Program-made: the position numbers and the translations under genes | From: Acaryochloridaceae cyanobacterium VAR_48_metabat_390 | Lineage (GTDB): Bacteria; Cyanobacteriota; Cyanobacteriia; Thermosynechococcales; Thermosynechococcaceae | Assembly (NCBI GenBank): GCA_031422435.1 | Contig: JANPLU010000007.1 | Span: 1 to 40,363, forward strand | DNA length: 40,363 nt | Direction: 5' to 3' | Notes under the pieces: model-generated | Database searches by the model: none | What the model saw: only the letters and a program-made list of their open reading frames with translations | Told to the model about the DNA's origin: nothing | Shown: positions 36,187 through 40,363 of the stretch, one piece after another | Layout: each line of letters starts with the position of its first letter | Position numbering within the stretch: the stretch's first letter is position 1

Positions 36187-37047
36187 ATGCGTTTAAATGC
36201 TTTAAAGGTTGGGGGGTTATTGTGCGGGAGCTTGCTGACCTTTGCGTGTCGGTCAACTTCGGCAACAGCGCCACATCAAATTCAACCTACTGCTCAGATA
36301 GCGCCATCTCCTTTACGGCATAGCTTTGCTCTAACCCAGAATAAAATGCAGCTTTTACAGCGGAATGCTCGTGCCATTACCGTCAAGGTTCTTTCTGGAG
36401 ATGACTGGGGTTCCGGAATCTTGATTCAGCAGCAGGGACAGCGCCATACCGTATTAACCAATGAGCATGTTCTGTGGATAGGCGATCGCTACACAGTTCA
36501 AACCCATGACGGAAAACAGCACCTTGCACAACGACTATCGTCAGGCAAGTTTGGAAAAAATGACCTAGGGCTGCTGGAATTTAGTAGCGCCCCATCTGTT
36601 ACCTATCCGGTTGCGGTCATAGGCTGCTCCCTGAAGCTATCTGCGGGTACCCCTGTCTATGCAGCAGGATTTCCACTGCCACTCATGGAATCTTCACCGA
36701 AAGGATTCAAATTTACGACAGGCGCGATCTCGCTCATTGTGTCTAAAGCCTTGGAAGGGGGGTATCAGGTGGGTTATTCCAACAACATTGAAAAAGGCAT
36801 GAGCGGCGGACCAGTTCTCAATGCGAAGGGTGAAGTAATTGCCATTAACGGAATGCATCAGGAGCCACTGTGGGGAGACCCCTATATTTACCAAGATGGT
36901 TCTAAACCGAAGTCAAGCTTATTTCCCATGTTTTCGCGCTCAAGCTGGGCGATTCCGATGGAGACTGCTTTGCAAACCAAAGCCCTAACCGCAGCGCATC
37001 TTTCCCGTCAGTGCCCCGCCAACCCTATTAAACAGGCTCAAGGATAA
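36187..37047 (+). CDS. Trypsin-like serine protease, probable lipoprotein
   Basis: LLTFAC lipobox-like; triad TNEH / NDLGLL / GMSGGP; NGMHQEPLWGDPY. Confidence 0.88.
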   Translation: MRLNALKVGGLLCGSLLTFACRSTSATAPHQIQPTAQIAPSPLRHSFALTQNKMQLLQRNARAITVKVLSGDDWGSGILIQQQGQRHTVLTNEHVLWIGDRYTVQTHDGKQHLAQRLSSGKFGKNDLGLLEFSSAPSVTYPVAVIGCSLKLSAGTPVYAAGFPLPLMESSPKGFKFTTGAISLIVSKALEGGYQVGYSNNIEKGMSGGPVLNAKGEVIAINGMHQEPLWGDPYIYQDGSKPKSSLFPMFSRSSWAIPMETALQTKALTAAHLSRQCPANPIKQAQG

Positions 37048-37092
37048 GCCTGTTTTGATGCAAAAAATTTAGGCACGGTCTTCTCCTACAAT

Positions 37093-39285
37093 CTACCAAA
37101 GCGGTTCTGCACCAGAGGAGCCGCTGTTACTACTGGGGGGCGGAGCCGCCTCCTGCGAAGAGCCGCCACCACTGCCGTTACCCCAGAGGGGTTCTTTTGC
37201 AGCGGCTGGAGGAGGTGGATCTTGAGCCACTGAAGAAGACCCAGAATTCCAATTATCTGCGGGAGGCGGAGCCGCGTTAGAGCCGCCGCCTTCACCTAGG
37301 GGTTCTGCACCACTGGAGAAACCACTGGAACCGGAGTAGGCAGGGGCTGTTGCGGCGGCTTCTCGTTGGCGCTGCCATTGGGCCGCTTCTTCAGCGGCGG
37401 CTTGCTTTTGAATCTCTGTATCTAGTTCTTTAGACTTTTTGAGGTAAGCCTGTTTTTGAATTTGCCGCTGTGGCGCGCTTAAGGAGGTGCTTGGAATTGT
37501 ATCAAGGCGCTGAGTGGCCTGCTGGAGCTTTGTTTTATTGTCGGTTAAGGCGGCAAGAGAATTTGGCGCTTTCTTTTGGGTCAACACTGTATTGGCGATC
37601 GCACCAGCCTGCTGAAGATCTTGCTGTGCCTTTGTTTCAAGAATAATTTTCTCCTGAAGATTTTTGAGCTGCTTTTGATAATTGGGCAGTAGCTTTTGGG
37701 CATCACTATAGCGGTCAACTGTCTTTGGCACGGTACCAAGCTGCTGAACAGACTGCTGAAGCTGAGTTTGAGCACCTTTGAGATCGCCAAGAGATTTGGC
37801 GCTGTTAATGATGCCTAGAGCGGTCTCGGCATTATTGCTGGCTTTTTTATAGACAGAAGCAAATTTTACGTTTGCAGAGCAGTTATTGAGCGCATTACAG
37901 ATTGGCTCAATGTTAGGCGATGCAAGGGTGGTGATCGCCCCCAGTGCCACAATTGCCGAGCCTCCAAAGGCAATCACCTTAAGTGGTGACCCTCTATAAA
38001 TGTTGGCGTCTAGATTTGAACTGGGCTTAGAAATTTCAGCAGGTCGAGCACTAGAAATAACGTAGGTGCCCACAGACGTTTGCTCTGATGGGGTCTCCAA
38101 TGTACCAATTGAAGTTGGCTCTGAGGCCGTATTAGATCCCTTTGGAACGCCATTCCCAACGCTAATGCCGCCATTAAATCTAGCAGCCGCATGGATTGAG
38201 CCGATTGAAGTTGGCTCTAGGGCTACACTCCCCGATCCAATGCTGTTGCCTGGTCTAGTATTAACTGTAATACCGCTATTTGAGAAGCCTTGAGACCTCT
38301 TAGAACTGATTTTAGAATCCCAACGCGAAGAATCATTGAAACTGCCGCTATTGGGGGTAGCATCACTGCTGCCCATCAACGAATGTGTCGTAACAGTCGC
38401 TTGATTAAGAATGGTTGGAGAATTATCTTGACGGTACATCGCCAGCGCATTGAGCGCCTCTAGCGCTTCTTTTGCAGAGGGATAGCGCTGACGAAAATCG
38501 TAGGCCACCATTTTGTTAATAATAGAGGCAAGTTCTGGGCTAATAGAGGCACGGTCTTGCCACAGGATCTCGGCCGTTGATTCATCTTCAGGGAGCTGGC
38601 CTAGGGCAGGGTTGAGTCCAGTTAGCGCATAAATGCCAATCATTCCTGTGGCGTATACATCGCTGCTCATCCGAGGACTGCCTCGTAATTGCTCACCTGG
38701 CATGTATCCTGGCGTACCAACAATGACCGTGTGGGCCGCAATGTGGCTATTTTCGTCTGACGCCTGGCTGGCAACCTGTTTGACCGCGCCAAAGTCAATT
38801 AAAACAATTTGACCATCGCTTTCACGACGAATAATATTAGACGGCTTAATGTCTCGATGAATAACCTGCTTTTGATGAACAAAGCTCAGCGCATAAAGGA
38901 TATCTTTGAGCAGCTTGGTGACGTAGCTCTCACTCCACTGCTGCCCTGTGGATAATTCTTGGTAGAGGCTGGTGCCAGCAATATACTCTTCAACCAGATA
39001 AAACTCATTGTGTTCTTCAAAGTGAGCCAGTAACTGCGGAATATTGGGGTGAGAGCCAAGTTGATGAAGGGTTCTTGCTTCTTCGTCAAATAAGCGCTTT
39101 GCAATGTTTAGCTTAGCCTCATCGTCAACAGCCGTTTTTAGCTTTTTGATCACGCACTGGAACGCGTTGGGCAAATGCTCATCTTCAGCCAAGAAAGTTT
39201 CGGCAAAACTTCCTTCGCCAAGCTTTTGAAGAACCCGATAGCGTCCTGCAAGTTTGTTTCCAGATGAAAGGCTGATAACGTCCAT
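37093..39285 (-). CDS. Hanks-type membrane Ser/Thr protein kinase with extracytoplasmic helical domain and Gly/Ser/Pro tail
   Basis: LGEGSFAET, CVIKKL, HRDIKPSN, DFG, GTPGYMPGEQ, SDVYATG; TM VIAFGGSAIVALGAITTLA; ATG 39285 preferred. Confidence 0.93.
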   Translation of the reverse strand: MDVISLSSGNKLAGRYRVLQKLGEGSFAETFLAEDEHLPNAFQCVIKKLKTAVDDEAKLNIAKRLFDEEARTLHQLGSHPNIPQLLAHFEEHNEFYLVEEYIAGTSLYQELSTGQQWSESYVTKLLKDILYALSFVHQKQVIHRDIKPSNIIRRESDGQIVLIDFGAVKQVASQASDENSHIAAHTVIVGTPGYMPGEQLRGSPRMSSDVYATGMIGIYALTGLNPALGQLPEDESTAEILWQDRASISPELASIINKMVAYDFRQRYPSAKEALEALNALAMYRQDNSPTILNQATVTTHSLMGSSDATPNSGSFNDSSRWDSKISSKRSQGFSNSGITVNTRPGNSIGSGSVALEPTSIGSIHAAARFNGGISVGNGVPKGSNTASEPTSIGTLETPSEQTSVGTYVISSARPAEISKPSSNLDANIYRGSPLKVIAFGGSAIVALGAITTLASPNIEPICNALNNCSANVKFASVYKKASNNAETALGIINSAKSLGDLKGAQTQLQQSVQQLGTVPKTVDRYSDAQKLLPNYQKQLKNLQEKIILETKAQQDLQQAGAIANTVLTQKKAPNSLAALTDNKTKLQQATQRLDTIPSTSLSAPQRQIQKQAYLKKSKELDTEIQKQAAAEEAAQWQRQREAAATAPAYSGSSGFSSGAEPLGEGGGSNAAPPPADNWNSGSSSVAQDPPPPAAAKEPLWGNGSGGGSSQEAAPPPSSNSGSSGAEPLW

Positions 39286-39582
39286 GGTGCAGTAGGTTGA
39301 GAATGCAGTTAATTTATATTCTCCCACATTCAATTTTGTGGAAGGTTAGGCTTTAAAAATAGGTGATTTATATTGATCATAAATCTACCCCAGCATAAGC
39401 GACCCAGCCCCTGATCTGACGGACGCAATGTTAAGCTCTGTAACAGATACAGCTTGCTCTCGGTTAAGGGATCTCAGCAACCGCTTATGGACATTCAGCA
39501 GGATAGGACATCAATGACAGAAACGGCTGACTCAAACTCAGAGCATTTCGTGCAGCTTGACGATTTGTGCAAGTCTTCTGAT

Positions 39583-39726
39583 CTGTCACTTTTGCTAGAG
39601 CTGACCCACAGTGCTAACAAGACGTTGATTATGGCAACTTATAGTGGGGCGATCGCCCAGCTAGCGGATCGAATCGTGCGGATGCAGGATGGTCAATTAC
39701 AGGATGAACATCTGATACACAGTTAG
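39583..39726 (+). pseudogene. Remnant of the C-terminal end of a LolD/MacB-type ABC ATPase
   Basis: LLLELTHSANKTLIMATYSGAIAQLADRIVRMQDGQL resembles the H-loop-to-end segment (Tyr in place of the TH His); no Walker A/B or signature motif upstream. Confidence 0.55.
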
Positions 39727-39838
39727 GTTGACACGATAAACTCCGTTGGTTTGCGTGCGATTCGCTCAACCTTTTTAGAAAGGTATACTGCTAGTCAGAG
39801 CTTAGGAGTAGTAACAATGACTCTCAAAATTTTAATAT

Positions 39839-40186
39839 ATGCCGGATAAGCCAGCCGCTCACGCTTCGACTCATACCCATGCAAAGGATTCACCCACGGC
39901 AAGTGAGCATACGCATGTGCATAGCAAAGAGTCTCGCAAAGGCATCATCAACCGTCTATCGCGGGTGGAGGGGCATGTGCGCGGCATTAAGACAATGGTG
40001 CAAGAGAGCCGCCCTTGCCCAGATGTGCTGGTGCAAATTGCAGCGGTGCGCGGTGCCCTGGATCGAGTAGCGCGAATTATTCTGGATGAGCATTTGACAG
40101 AATGTGTGGCAAGGGCTGCGGAAGCAGGCAATATTGACGTAGAAATTGCTCAGCTTAAGGCAGCACTAGATCGTTTTTTAGATTGA
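39839..40186 (+). CDS. CsoR/RcnR family metal-sensing repressor, InrS-like with His-rich N-terminus
   Basis: NRLSRVEGHVRGI, RPCPDVLVQIAAVRGAL, EHLTECV; N-terminal HTHAK...HTHVH. Confidence 0.9.
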   Translation: MPDKPAAHASTHTHAKDSPTASEHTHVHSKESRKGIINRLSRVEGHVRGIKTMVQESRPCPDVLVQIAAVRGALDRVARIILDEHLTECVARAAEAGNIDVEIAQLKAALDRFLD

Positions 40187-40363
40187 TCTAACTTTAGGAA
40201 TGATTGACTGGAGGTTAACTTGATGGAATTACTTCTAAAGTAGGCTCAACTAATATGGCTTTACTGCTGCTCAGCAGTGAATATCAAATTGAAGGGCGTG
40301 CGTCTACAGTATTTCTATTGAATTCAGGCTGCTGCTGAGTAATACAGTGAAAAGCGCCTCCAG

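Larger units (their letters stand above)
715..39656. repeat. HIP1 (GCGATCGC) octamers dispersed through the window
   Basis: Dozens of copies, e.g. 715-722, 1052-1059, 39649-39656; typical of non-picocyanobacterial cyanobacteria. Confidence 0.95.

Noticed and set aside
17557..37197. EPLW occurs in the GspS ligase, the second protease (HQEPLWGDPY) and the kinase tail
   Set aside because: In the ligase and protease it is part of ordinary family motifs (EPxWK; xPLWGDPY), so a link to the kinase tail is probably coincidental.
1..40363. CRISPR array, tRNA/rRNA genes, prophage or integron
   Set aside because: No regularly spaced 23-47 bp repeats with unique spacers, no cloverleaf or rRNA sequence, and no phage or integrase genes seen.

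Overview
A 40.4-kb cyanobacterial chromosomal window: HIP1 octamers (GCGATCGC) occur throughout, alongside cyanobacterial markers such as PAM68, GUN4, CbbY and an InrS-type repressor. It is mostly housekeeping genes (rpsO, larE, glyS, deaD, pgeF, iscS-like, leuB, argD, FKBP, S1-domain protein), plus a FitAB/VapBC toxin-antitoxin pair and one probably inactive IS630 element. Two regions stand out. (1) 33982-37047 is a putative CRP/cAMP-controlled three-gene unit. Its small secreted protein and the adjacent trypsin-coiled-coil-TPR protease share a Cys-flanked motif, C[RK]DVRINTIVV[RK]x(1-2)C; a second trypsin-like protease follows. A membrane Ser/Thr kinase and an adenylate cyclase-FHA gene lie nearby. 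(2) 16311-22914 is a co-directional six-gene cluster joining an amino-sugar module (GT2, DegT aminotransferase, Gfo/Idh/MocA dehydrogenase) to a YgiB/YgiC-like pair (DUF1190-type lipoprotein and GspS-type ATP-grasp ligase) and a ferritin-like diiron protein. Also noted are an unannotated 42-aa ORF behind a CRP box, a tandem winged-helix-like protein, a structured deaD leader and several candidate RNA elements. All family assignments come from motif recognition by eye; no database searches were run.
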